From Tubiluchus corallicola (Eukaryota > Animalia > Priapulida), in the NCBI GenBank assembly GCA_030141605.1, contig JAQGDQ010000125.1, positions 508,135 to 572,134 of the forward strand: DNA of 64,000 nt, written 5' to 3'. The translations under genes and the position numbers were made by a program. Shown here piece by piece: positions 63,522-64,000 of this stretch (the stretch's first letter is position 1; the number at the start of each line of letters is the position of its first letter). The notes below the pieces were generated by a model, which was not told the origin of the DNA, did not search any database, and saw nothing but the letters and a program-made list of their open reading frames with translations.

Positions 63522-64000
63522 GTATAGGCAATTATGAGTTCACCATCCCACGAAGTACGGACATATTTGACAGGCACAGTTACCGTTTGGGATTAAATAT
63601 TTTTTCGTTTAAACCCAAATTTATGATAAAATAAATTTAGTAAATCCAAGCAGACAAAGTCAACAGCTTGTAACTACGCTAGGCTTTGAAGAATAAGGGT
63701 TTCAGACGGGGCGTAGCCAGATTCCTAAGTTAGGGAGAGCAAGTGCATAAAGAAAGGCGCCGAGACACATATAAAACTATTTTTAGCGCATTGAAACTTT
63801 CAGTGGAATACTAGTTAGCAAAGTGGCCTAACTAACGATGTATTTCAGAAGTTTGCTGTTTAAATGCATCTATAACTAAATATTCTTTTCACTGCTTCAG
63901 ACGGATTCAATTGCAAGTGTAGTATTATTTGTGATTTTCTCGAAAGTCAAAATCGTGAGTAGTTTTGCTGTCAAAGTTCCTGTGCCAGTAAATTATCTAT

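Overview
AT-rich, intron-containing animal DNA, probably from a marine invertebrate; the taxon cannot be fixed from the sequence. I assembled four genes by hand from GT-AG junctions with consistent phases. (1) Rac1 on + (6 exons, 192 aa, 3987-11910). (2) A full-length crumbs gene on + (26 coding exons, about 2400 aa, 15000/16401-44470) with 4 LamG domains, about 40 EGF repeats, a TM helix, and the GTYSPS and EERLI tail motifs. (3) A 16-exon single-PLAT-domain gene on - (about 756 aa, 57154-46084), tail-to-tail with crumbs. (4) A gene with an uninterrupted CDS for a GPI-type Ly6/three-finger (quiver-like) protein on - (61668-60991). Non-coding DNA holds many hAT and PIF/Harbinger MITEs with visible TIRs and TSDs (some nested), plus RLE-LINE, Tc1/mariner and THAP relics and tandem repeats. 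Most notable observations: two hammerhead-ribozyme motifs in crumbs introns, Rac1-crumbs adjacency, an expanded EGF stalk and two candidate first exons in crumbs, a duplicated splice acceptor, and a large Gly/Tyr insertion in the Ly6 protein. I cannot claim a new biological system; these are leads. No database searches were run.
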